In this document: in pieces, positions 25,950-37,050 of the stretch | How positions within the stretch are numbered: the stretch's first letter is position 1 | Layout of the letters: each line of letters opens with the position of its first letter | Assembly: GCA_964270895.1 (NCBI GenBank) | Contig: OZ185439.1 | From: Podarcis filfolensis | Lineage: Eukaryota | Reading direction: 5' to 3' (one strand) | Length of the DNA stretch: 64,000 bases | Translations under genes and position numbers: made by a program | Notes under the pieces: generated by a model | The model's input: only the letters and a program-made list of their open reading frames with translations | Database searches by the model: none | What the model was told of the DNA's origin: nothing

Positions 25950-26579
25950 CTGTTTTAAGGAGACCACTATGGGGTAAAGCATGAGTTATTTGAAATCCAG
26001 ATGCCTCCAGCCAAGTCCAACACTGTGCGTAGAATCCAGTGTTTTTGTTCTGTAAATGGAAGAAGTGTTGTTCTCTCATTCTTTGAATGGAAGCTCCTTC
26101 TGTTCACAAAGTAAAAAGGTTGGGTACTAATCTATATCTACTATTTCCATACTGGCTGTGCAAACCTCTGGGAATGCATCTCCCCAGATTAGAATGCTTA
26201 GAAGCCTAGGTGGATCTTTTGTCTTTTTTCTACTACTGTTACCCATTCTGGGCCTTTGGGATGGGTCAGATCAAATTCTAAACAAACACACACACAAATA
26301 AGGGGCAAGGGGTAGAGGTAATATAGACAGCCAAGCAATAACTGTGGAAAAGTACAGGTTCCTGTGAGACATTTTGACTTATGATTTTGTGCCCAAAGAC
26401 TTGGCATTCCTGCCTTTCTCATCTAATAAAGAGAGATGATTCACTGATAATGGAAATGGTTCCTTAAGTAAATTGCTGCCTCATCTAGGCTTTTGTATTT
26501 GTAAGCAATAACTGGAAGCTACGGCACATTTTTACTCTCTTGTCTGGAAAGTATATTGACCTCAACTTTTGGCTCATAC

Positions 26580-26721
26580 CTGTGTTCTGATATATAACAC
26601 CAGCAGCATCATGTGTTTTAAAAAAACGTTCCTGGATTAAACCACCTCTAACTGTACATGGAGGGGAATCACTTGATTGAATACCACTGCTTACAAAAAC
26701 CCTGTTGAAAGCTAGTATGTC
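26580..26721 (-). CDS. Candidate internal exon, unidentified
   Basis: Minus-strand acceptor ...AAAATTTCTCCAG after a T-rich tract, donor CAG/GTATGA, 142 nt open (DILAFNRVFVSSGIQSSDSPPCTVRGGLIQERFFKTHDAAGVIYQNT). Confidence 0.2.
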
Positions 26722-27591
26722 CTGGAGAAATTTTATGCGTTCAGAAAGAAAGAAAAAAGCTGGAACCCTTCTCCTCACATTCAGCTTTCCACACGAAGAG
26801 TTATTGATATGGGAGAGAAGTCTGTCATGTGATTTCCTCATCTGCTGTGAGGGTAGTCCAAGAACCACCTTGCCGTGTGATTATTTGTTTCCTTATCACA
26901 GAGAGGCTTCTAAATGCAGATGCAGGAAAGTTTGGGTGGCTTGAATGGGAACTGCACACGCTCTTAAATGTACTATTCCCACACTGTTTGGGACAACAGT
27001 TCTATATAACAGGACATTTTCTAGGATTTGATCATGGTTAAGATTTTCCAGGGAATCAACAGGTAAACCATGTGGTGACATCAATCAGTCCTCAGGTTTG
27101 GTTTGGCTTTTTTGAACGATCTCCAAGAGATCAAATCCTGTGTTTGGGCCCCAATATACATCTTATTCATATGGATTCCTCCTGGTCTTAGCTCAGGAAG
27201 CAGAGAACACAGTGCAGAGTTGTTTTCCATTCTCTACATCTCAGAAGCAGATGTCATTCTGGATGCAATGCTTGGGCCCGCCATTCCTAAAAATCTACCT
27301 CCTCCCCTTTCTATGAGCCAATTCACATGCAATTTTCTTAATTAAAGGGTGCAATGTAACAAAGCCACCCTGTGCCTGTATTCGCTTCTGAAAGAAGGCA
27401 GCAGCCAATTTTCCACCAATGGCCGCTGAAGCAGCTGGGGAATACTTCCAAGCATGCTCATCCTTCTGTCATTCTGTACAATGCAACTGCAAGTTCTTTC
27501 AGTCACTGCCAGTACAGCTCAATTAAATCCACAACAGGCAGCCTGCTCTCCAAATATACCTCATTCTGGTGATGGAGGCTTTCCCCTAAGC

Positions 27592-28328
27592 CAGTGGTTT
27601 TCAATCAGTGTGCCATGGCACCTGGGGTGCCTTGAATGATGGTCAGGGGTGCCACGGGCAACACTGGCCTGTGTCCCTCTTTCCCTCCCTCTGTCCTCCA
27701 ATGCCCTCTTATGTCTCTGCCTCCCAAAGGCTTGCAGAGTTGTTTGTTGCAGCAGCCCTGACTACAAGCTCCCTAGGCAAATGGTCCTCTGGGGCTGGCC
27801 AGGGGGTGCCTCCCAGGCCCTTGTGGGGAAGTATGAGGAGGCAACTCTCTTTAGGGCAGGGGGGCAGCTCAGAGACCGGGGTGGCAGCTGCAGCTGCTCA
27901 AAGGACTCCCAAGGAGAGGGGATAGGAGAGGAGGCTGAAGGTGTTTGAAAAGGGGTGAGAGGCTGCCAGCTCTGCAGGCAAGGGGTGACATAACTGGACT
28001 CTTGAGCCCCACAGGGGTGCCACAGAAAGAATGTACTGTACAGTGGTACCTCAGGTTAGATATGCTTGAGGTTACATGTGCTTCAGGTTACAGACTCCGC
28101 TAACCCAGAAATAGTGCTTCAGGTTAAGAACTTTGCTTCAGGATAAGAACAGAAATCGTGCTCTGGCAGCGCAGCAGCAGCAGGAGGCCCCATTAGCTAA
28201 TGTGGTGCTTCAGGTTAAGAACAGTTTCAGGTTAAGAACGGACCTCTGGAACGAATTAAGTACTTAACCCGAGATACCACTGTAGTTGGTCATGGAAGCT
28301 GTGGACCCAAAAGGCTTGAAAAACTCCG
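27592..28328 (+). mobile_element. hAT non-autonomous element with a nested mariner MITE
   Basis: Ends CAGTGGTTTTCAA / TTGAAAAACTCCG. 8-bp flanks CCCTAAGC / ACCTAAGC (7/8). Paralog at 54905-55493. Confidence 0.85.
28041..28282 (-). mobile_element. Tc1/mariner MITE, CAGTGGTACCTC family (nested in hAT)
   Basis: TIRs present, TA on both flanks. Confidence 0.9.
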
Positions 28329-29074
28329 ACCTAAGCAAATGGGAAAGCAAGACTTTCCTCCTCCTGACAGCTTGTGGCAAGCTGTTGGTGAGGATAAATT
28401 TGATGGGTTGTGGGGGGTGGGGGGAAGCAGCCACCACCAGATTGGGGAAGAATATGAGCCAGTGCGTGGTAAGTGAAGAACAGCTGGGTTGCTCTTCTTG
28501 CCAGAAGCTCCAGGTGAAGGGGTGTGCAAACATGTTTAAAAGTATTCTCCAGCTGTTGTTCCTGTAGTAGGTGCCAAGGCAAGGGACTTCCCTTTCTCCA
28601 CTAAAGGCAAGTTTTTACATTCAACATGCTAGTGTAGAGTAGTTAAATAAACCACTCACAGTGCTTCCTTTCCATTTAGTGCATACTGTTGGAAAGAGAG
28701 GTTTGTTCCAAGCTGCCCCAGGACCTTAGGGTGAAGGGCAGATTTAAAATAACAGTAATGTAGTAGCATTGGGGGAAGTATTACAGAACAAATTAAGGCA
28801 GAATAAATCTAGCACTAATGTGCAGGTGCACTCTTCCATTGTCTCCCAAGACAGATAGATGCCAACACAAACAAACACGTGTGTATGTCACACACATACA
28901 CACACATGTGTCAAGAACGTGTTACAGAATGCACCAGTCTGGAGGGTCCCCTCAGACAAACAGCAGGTGAACAGATGCCAAGACTGATTCTTTTTCTTAT
29001 ATGTTATAATTACATACGAAGAAACTGCTGAATCAAGCCAATGGTCCCTTTAGTTCAGCATCTTGTTCTTACAG

Positions 29075-29251
29075 TGTCCAACCAGATGCCTGTGGAAAAC
29101 CTGCAAGCAAGGCGCAAGTACAAGAGCACTCTCATCTTCTGCCGTTTCCAGCAAGTGGCATTCAGAAGACTACCACCACAGCTAGTAGCTGAGCAACAAT
29201 CTGTTCAACAAATTAGAGTATCTAAGGAACAGCTAGACATTTCTTTGCTAG
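29075..29251 (+). CDS. Candidate symmetric internal exon, unidentified
   Basis: Acceptor CATCTTGTTCTTACAG, donor TAG/GTATGT, 177 nt (phase 1-1) open (SNQMPVENLQARRKYKSTLIFCRFQQVAFRRLPPQLVAEQQSVQQIRVSKEQLDISLL). Confidence 0.25.
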
Positions 29252-31661
29252 GTATGTTCCAGCTACTTCTGCCTGTAGTAGGGTGGACACAGCATTAACT
29301 TTGAAGAGGCTAAATTTTAACACTGGTAATATTTTAGGTGTTTTAATTTTATTTTTATTTTATTATTTTTATAAAAATATTTATATACTACTGTGTCATA
29401 AAAAATATATCACATCAGTTTACGGCAATATAAAAACGTAAAACCAAACAATGAAATCATAAAAAGTTTAAACCAACTTAAAAGCAAAAATAAGTGAAAC
29501 GCAAACATCTGCAGATCATTGGGTGGGATGTATCCTTAATTCATTTTTATATTTGTTTTAAAAATATTTGGGCACAGCATTTGTTTTAAATTAATTAATA
29601 GGTTGTCCTTAAAAGTCTAACATCAAGCCAAAATCTAGACATCTGGGAATTTTAGATTCTGGAATCGTATGTTCCAGTCATTGGTGTGTGCGTGCTTCTT
29701 TTTCTCTTTAAAAATGTTAATTTCCTAAAACCTGCTGTGAAGTATTATTAGCAATCACATCATGTTTAAAAATGCCCTTCAAGATTAAAAGCCTGAGCTG
29801 GAGGCCAGATTGCATCTCTCCAAACTCAATTTTTCCTTGCTTGATATATGGCATCACCTACTTTATTTCCGTTTTATATCATTATATCCACCTAGCCAAC
29901 TGAGGCCCATTCCGAACCAACTCATAATTGCGATCCATTTTTCTTTTAGAAGGATGAGAAATACTTTATGAACTACACACAAGCTGTACCACCTAAAAAA
30001 GAAACCAGCAGAACATTTTTATCCCTGCTGGTCTCATACTCAGTATTTTCTGAGTATATATGATAGATTACAAGTTGCTCTAGGGTACAAACATTTGCCT
30101 ATTTCCTGCAAACACATTTACTGCTAATGCCAGTGGACAAGCAATCAGGAAGTCTCATTCAGTTTGTACAAGTTTTTTCAAACTCTAAAAGGGCATTGTA
30201 TGAGGGCTAACAACTTCTGGGAGAGATGCCTTGGCAGAAGTGGGGAATAGCGTTACTGTAAGCCCAGAGGAAAGGAGCATTATATCAGCCACTGTGATGG
30301 GTGAATAGAATGAGGCCTCTGGGTATTTGTACTAGTTGCCTGGCCTCTTGACTTTGCCTGGTCAACAATGAAGGTGTCAGCTCCAGCCCTAGCTGAAGCT
30401 CTGGCCCCAGCCCCTGACTACACGGATCTTGAGTTTTGACACACACATTCCAGAACTTGTTCCTCATATGGTCACAGCCCACTAACAAAGCACAGTGCCC
30501 GTTCGTAGCCTGAATATCTCAAGCAGAGGCTAGCAAAAAACCTGCTTAAAACCACCTGCTGTAGAAGAATACACCCTGAGGTTCTTCTACAAACCTGCCA
30601 CGTATATTTTTAAACACCTCCATCTACTCTGACTGCTCTTGACAGCAGTTCAAATCTATCTCCAGCAGTGGCATTCTCTCATTACTGTCAAGTTAGCTGC
30701 CACATTAAGCAAAGAAAAGTACATCACCCAGCATCTTGTCTGACAGCAAGCACTATTGAGCAAGACAGGGACACAAACAAGAGCCCCACAGCATTTTATC
30801 TGCTTAGTAGGGTTGCTATCAGAGAAGAACAGACAGTCTTCTAAGGGCGCTTCCAGGCTATCGCTGTTTTGGGGTGGTATCACTGATTGGCAAATTCAAT
30901 CACATGCTGGAAAATTCAAGTTGCGCAATTAAATTTGATGCAGAGCTCTTGCGCAACAAACCTCCTTCTCCCCAAAATCAGACATTTTGAGATAAGGAAA
31001 GTGATGTGGAAATGTAAAGCGTAAAAACAACACTGGTTGATGTAATGCTGTTTGAACTTGCAAAGAGATCAGAATGAATGCTGAGTAAAGAGCTGGTGTC
31101 ATCTAGCATGCCTGCAAACTTGGTAAACACAAACCATGATGAATGCTCAATAATCAGGTGGTCTGGAAGCAGCCTAAAAAGGCCAGAAGGAAGGAACTTT
31201 CCACTAAGCAGCATACTTAGGGGCAAACTACACTGCAAAAAGAACATCAACGCGTATACTAGGATCAGAGGGGTGAAGAAATTCCCCCTTTAAACCCTGG
31301 AAGCATCACCAGATTGTGAGAGGTGGCTTTGCAGTGGCAACCAGGAACATATTAGTGTGGAAAAGTGCAAGCTGTGTTCACAAGTGCTTGGACACAACTC
31401 ACTTTCTCCCCGGGGGGGGGGCATCAAAATGGTAAAAGATCCTTCCACAACAAATAGAAAGCTGAAACATAGTACATAGCACAGGTCAAGGCACTCTGTT
31501 TAATAAAAAGGAGGGTGCTTTTATGCCTATCACTCAAAACTCAAGAATAAGCACTCTTAATTACTAAATCCACCACTCCAGCAGCAGGGATTGCTCTTTA
31601 AAACATGACCAGGTTGGGAAAGGAGGTATTTGCAGAAATTTATGCGCATTAGAAACATATA

Positions 31662-31901
31662 CAGTGGTACCTCGGTTTACGAACTTAATCCGTTCCAGAA
31701 GTCCGTTCTTAAACTGAAACTGTTCTTAAACTGAGGTGCGCTTTCCCTAATGAGGCCTCCTGCCACCGGTGCCCTTCCACTGTTCAGGTTCTGTTCTTAC
31801 ACCGAGGTAAAGTTCACAAACCGGGACACTACTTCCGGTTTTGGAGATTTGTAAACCGAATAGTTGGTAAGCAGGGCTGTTCTTAAACTGAGGTACCACT
31901 G
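31662..31901 (+). mobile_element. Tc1/mariner MITE, variant of the CAGTGGTACCTC family
   Basis: TIR CAGTGGTACCTC / GAGGTACCACTG, TA on both flanks. Confidence 0.9.
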
Positions 31902-32388
31902 TATGAGACATGCATATTTCACAATTAAGGGTGGTTCAATTAAGTTTTAGTCAGAGTAGACCTATTTAAATTAATTGGCCTTATTTAGTCAAGAGTTATT
32001 CATTTCAATGGATCTACTGTAAGTAAAACTTAGTTGAATACTCCCATAAATGTTTAAAGAATGTGAAGCGGTACATATACTTACAATGGAAGTAGGTTTG
32101 TGTTGAAGGCAATGGCAGTGTACCCGGGTACAGTGAAGTCTGCAAGAATTCAAAAAGTAACCTGTCTATAAATCTAGGACTTGAATGTTACCTAGAATTA
32201 GAAAACCTGAATATAAGTAACAGTTTAAAGAGTAGTTTGTCTCCTGTAACTTAATAGATTTACAAAACTCCTTAAAAACAATAACAAAAAGAAATTTAAG
32301 GTGCAGAAGGTTACCCACTAACTTTCAAAAGATGGTGTGGGTTCCTGAATTCCCTATGTACAATGAAGAAGCTCACAATAATTTAAGT

Positions 32389-32567
32389 TTATTCAAATTT
32401 GTAGGAAATAAAGAACAGGAAGGCCAATGCCATGATCCAACAAAGCACTCCACACACATCAGGAAGAACCACACATGTTGCCTGAGGTTTCTTTGACATA
32501 GCACTGTGGCTTCTTGTCCTTTTAATGAAGCAAGCCACATTTTGCACTGAAATGGCCACGACAGTGG
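32389..32567 (-). CDS. Candidate terminal coding exon ending in a hydrophobic segment, unidentified
   Basis: Acceptor GTTTTCTCTGCAG. Open frame TVVAISVQNVACF...VCGVLCWIMALAFLFFISYKFE*. AATAAA overlaps the stop codon. Confidence 0.22.
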
Positions 32568-33515
32568 CTGCAGAGAAAACTGCCAACACTGGTGGTGCAT
32601 ATGTGCATCTAGTTTTACTGAATCAAAAATATCAAGAGTAATCACACAATAGATTAAAAGTGTTAGAAATTGGCCATTTGATGCCTGTATGATGATCTCA
32701 CACAGATATAGGCCAAAATCCAATTCTAGGCATGGGCATACTTGCCATGAGCAACAATTGGTGGTCCTGGATGGATGCAGCTCCTTTAAAAATACATTCA
32801 AGAACCAGGTCAACGGGGCAAAGCTGAACTTTGTGACTGGCAATATACCACCATAAATGTGTTTTCATCAGCCACATACATGGAAAATGGCCACTCCTGT
32901 CACCCAGTTAAAGGCCCACGCCCATAAAAATGGACTGAAACTATTACTGTTTATTCTAGTTCTTTATGTGTCTATACTTTAAAATAAATAAATGCAGAAA
33001 TAAATAATTCAATGATAACTTGCAGATTTAAAACATAGAACAAAAACATATAGATCCACATATCACTTACACAGACTTACTTGGAGACATAAAGTCCAAG
33101 AAAATACAGGAGGGCCACAGCAATCATGCAGGCAAAAGCAACCAACAAAGCTGAAGAGAAAAATAGCAATTTAGCTACTTGTGGTTGAGTTACAAGATTC
33201 TCTTTCTCCCCACCACTCCACCCCACATGCTTTCACTACATACCATTAGCAAACGCCACGCTAAATATTTTATCTATAATTTCACAATTTCATTCTGCCA
33301 AAAAAAAAAAAAAAACCAACAACACCCCATTAAGAAAAATGACTACCTCCAGCTGCAGATAAGAAAGCATTGTGATGGGGTGATCAGTCATGGATTATTT
33401 TAATAAAGAAAATAATGCAGACTACTTTTCTTGACACTGGAATACAGTGGAATTATCGCAAAGAAATGTTTCTGACAAATCCGTTCATATATCATATATG
33501 TGGTCCACTTTCTAG

Positions 33516-33686
33516 CCTCCACACCTGCCCTTGGGTCTTCATACTGTGTCACCCAATTGTCTCCTCACACTTGCAAGTGTCAGAAATATGGTGCCGCCAG
33601 GACAAGACTTTGGGGCAGATGTATATCCGAAGAATGAGCAGGAGGAGTCCTCCAAACACAGGAGGACTAGCTTACTACTTTCTGAG
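33516..33686 (+). other. Candidate exon (171 nt, two frames open), unidentified
   Basis: Acceptor CCACTTTCTAG and consensus donor GAG/GTAAGT. Confidence 0.15.
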
Positions 33687-34028
33687 GTAAGTGAACGTAA
33701 TACCGCCAACATTCCTCTGAAAACAGGGACATTCTTTTCTATGCCATTATTAATGCTTGAGCATTTCCTCCTGGTCAAGTGTACAAAAGTTATTAGAGGA
33801 AACACACAAAACTGGGGTACTTTAAAGCACAGAAATCTTGGAATTTATGTATTGCATTTAGGGAAGCTCTGAGGGGAAAAGAAAACCCCAAATCAATAAA
33901 TACTACTAACCAGCATTGATATTGATGTAGAATAGAATGTCCCTATTTTCTGAGGACTGCTGGAGAGTAATAGCATTGGAGGGGGGATTTAAGACCAGTA
34001 AGTCCAGGGGGCACACAGGCCTCCTGTA

Positions 34029-34116
34029 GAAGTGTGCATGCACATGAAAGCTCATACCAGTAACAAACTTAGTTGGTCTCTAAGGTGCTACTGGAAGGAA
34101 TTTTTTTATTTTGTTT
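34029..34116 (+). mobile_element. 88-bp Penelope-like 3'-end copy with a broken hammerhead and 12-bp TSD
   Basis: Near-identical to the reverse complement of 41632-41719. TSD AGGCCTCCTGTA at 34017-28 and 34117-28. Confidence 0.9.
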
Positions 34117-34195
34117 AGGCCTCCTGTAAGTCCATTACATCACCCAAATGCACAACTGCTCTTGAATGGCACTCTGTGTCCTTGAAGGAGCTATA

Positions 34196-34410
34196 CAGTG
34201 GTACCTCGGGTTAAGAACTTAATTTGTTCTGGAGGTCTGTTCTTAACCTGAAACTGTTCTTAACCTGAGGTACCACTTTAGCTAATGGGGCCTCCCGCTG
34301 CCACTGCACAATTTCTGTTCTCATCCTGAAGCAAAGTTCTTAGCCTGAGGTACTATTTCTGGGTTAGCAGAGTCTGCAACCTGAAGCGTCTGTAACCTGA
34401 GGTACCACTG
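34196..34410 (+). mobile_element. Tc1/mariner MITE, CAGTGGTACCTC family
   Basis: TIRs present, TA on both flanks. Confidence 0.9.
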
Positions 34411-34947
34411 TAACTGGAAGGAGAAATTGCAGTACCTGCAGTGTATGACTGGAAACAATTAGGGCAGATCCACAGAGATCTTTGTGCCCTGGGGCAAAGT
34501 TGCACAAGATGAATTGTTTTGATTTGTTTGTTTGTTTGTTTCAGCTGGGGCTCCACTTTCTCACCTATAGGGTCAAAGCACCTATATTTCCCACAAAAGC
34601 ACAGTCTCTAGCTTGGCACTGTGATCGTCTTGGTTTTCACTTAAGGTGCAAAAGCTCATTTCAAGCCCACCATGGCCAAATCAAGGCGGCGTTTACTAAT
34701 CAAGGAGCCCCCTCACACAAATAGTTTCTGTCCTGAGGAATGCTGCCCCCCCCCAGTGGCCTTCCTGGGAAGCATTGTTCTCATTGTAAATGAGCTACAT
34801 TTGACCCTAATTATGTCATCCAGTACCTAAATTTGCTATGTGATAATCTCTGGTCACTTGAAGAGGAATAAAATGGATGGGTGCTCAGTATGGCAGCAAA
34901 GAGGAAATGGATGTGAACAATTATAATTTTAAAAAAATATCAATATA

Positions 34948-35183
34948 CAGTGGTACCTCATGTTACGGACGCTTCAGGTTACAAGACACTTCAGGTTATA
35001 GACTCTGCTAACCCAGAAATAGTACCTCGGGTTAAGAACTTTGCTTTAGGATGAGAATAGAAATCGTGCAGCAGCGGCGTGGTGGCAGCAGAAGGCCCCA
35101 TTGGCTAAAGTGGTGCTTCAGGTTTATTCAGGTTAAGATCGGACCTCTAGAACGAATTAAGTTCTTAACCCGAGGTACCACTA
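34948..35183 (-). mobile_element. Tc1/mariner MITE, CAGTGGTACCTC family (inverted relative to 34196)
   Basis: TIRs present (terminal G>A change), TA on both flanks. Confidence 0.88.
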
Positions 35184-36382
35184 TATTCCGGTAACTAGAA
35201 TTAACTGGGGAAGGGAAGCTTTTGGCCCACTCAAAGATCACTACTGTACTTTTGAACAAATTAACTGGATCTGTGGAACGTTCCACTCAGTTCACAGGAC
35301 CATGTTTTAGCAGCTCCCACACCACAAATCTAAAAACAGAAGTGGGACTGAAACCAAATTTAGACTACCAGATTACACTGTAAAATTGGACTGTACCACT
35401 AGACTGTGAATTGGGGTGTGTGTGTCAGATATTGTAAACTGCCCTGTGAGCCTTGAATGAAGAGCTATATAAAAATTTAATAAAAAAATAGTTGAATAAA
35501 TAATTGAATACTCTACTGAGAAACAAAATCCCAGCATGCAGAAAAGGAATAAACTTGTCAGAACAGGCTATACTTGTCCTCTCTGATTTCTAGTTTTCTA
35601 GTGCAGAGGGGTTCTTCTATGGAGAGGCACTCTCCCCATCTCACCCCCGGAGTCTCAAGTGATGGAGTCAAGGAGCATTTTGACTACATGACAAATTCAG
35701 CCTCAGTTTGTGGATGCCACAGACTTCGCTCATTTTTAACTGGAAGGTTCTATTTTCCCCCACTGCCTTATAAAACCATATGTAACTTATTTCCTGTAAC
35801 TGCAAACTGATGACAAATCTGACTGGATTTATAATCCTGCCAGCAAGCAATATCTATTCATCAAGCGTACAATGGAAGATACAAGCCCAATCAAATAAAA
35901 TGCTTCTGGACTATTTCCAGCAGAGCTAATAATACAAATCGAATACTTCGTTAGCCAGTGTGTCTAAGGCTAAGACGCCTCATCCCAGAATTATTTTCCA
36001 TGGATTTAGTTTCTTAAATATTCATCCATCCAACAGCTAGAGTGAATTTTCATACGTATTTCTCAGACAGGGGAATTATAACACTTCAATAACTATATCT
36101 GGCTGCACTATGCATTGTAATGACATCAGACCAATGCCCAAGAACTGTCTCTCAGTATTAATTAGTAACATAGGTCACCTTCCCCATAGCCCCTTAAAAT
36201 ATCCCATTTTTAAAAAAAATCAGAGCATTGATTGAGGTACCTTCGATTCTTTTGTTTCCTCTATTTAAGCCCTCTGTCTTTCTGGCTGCCTGACACAAGT
36301 GTGTTAATATGTATTTATGGGCAGGCGTGGCAATATAACACATATAAATCAGCCTCATATAACCAACGTTTAACTCTAATTA

Positions 36383-36551
36383 CTGTACTTTTCCATGTAT
36401 AAGACTAGGGTTTTTTTTACTTTAAAATAAAATTAAAAATCTGGGGGTGTCTTATACATGGATAGTGCATATGTTCATTTTCTAAATTTGGGGTCCCCAA
36501 AAGTAGTGGACGTCTTATACATGGGGGCATCTTATACACGGAAAAATACAA
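36383..36551. mobile_element. pogo/Tigger-like MITE
   Basis: TA flanks. TIR CTGTACTTTTCCATGTATAAGAC / ATCTTATACACGGAAAAATACAA. Internal GTCTTATACA repeats. Confidence 0.7.
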
Positions 36552-36869
36552 TAATACATGGAGGTGTTAAGTCCATGCTTAGGCCACTCCCCCTCACCTT
36601 GGAGGGAAGGGCTACCAAACTCTTTCCACCATCCTTTTCTTTCCACCATGTAAACCAACCAGTTAAGAATGCCTGGGCTGGTTGCTCCAAGCCCAGACCC
36701 AAGGCAGGTGGAAGGTGCTGCTGGAACTTACTTTTGACTTTCCTTGCATGCTCAGAGACAGCAGGCAAACACAGGCAGCAATAGCCAAGAGGATGAGAAC
36801 AGGACCAAAAGTCTCCAGAGAATGTCAGTAGGTCCCCTGCAGGGATGTTTGCCCTGGCAGGTGCCCAGT

Positions 36870-37050
36870 GATGCTAAGGCTAGACAGGGGTAGCCTAGCT
36901 GCTTTGACTCCTGTACTGGTTACCTCACAACTAGACTGTTGTGATGCGCTCTGTGTACAGCTGCTCTTGAGGGATAGGTTTAGAGGCTACAGTTGGTGCA
37001 AAATGTGGGAGCAAGGCTGCTGGCTGGTTGAGCTCCTTCAAAGCACATTA
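36870..37050 (+). mobile_element. Old L2 ORF2 fragment
   Basis: Translates LVTSQLDCCDALCVQLLL, a decayed form of LVISRLDYCNALYVGLPL seen at 2.3 kb. Confidence 0.65.

Noticed and set aside
32373-32843. 156-aa minus-strand ORF
   Set aside because: Cys/Trp-rich composition typical of non-coding frames, with no homology recognised. Only the shorter splice-flanked frame was kept, at low confidence.
33699-33971. Possible older relative of the 6-bp-TSD composite (AATACCGCCAACATT...GTCCCTATTTTC...TGGAGAGTAAT)
   Set aside because: The termini are degenerate, there is no L2 cargo and no TSD, so it was not counted as a family member.
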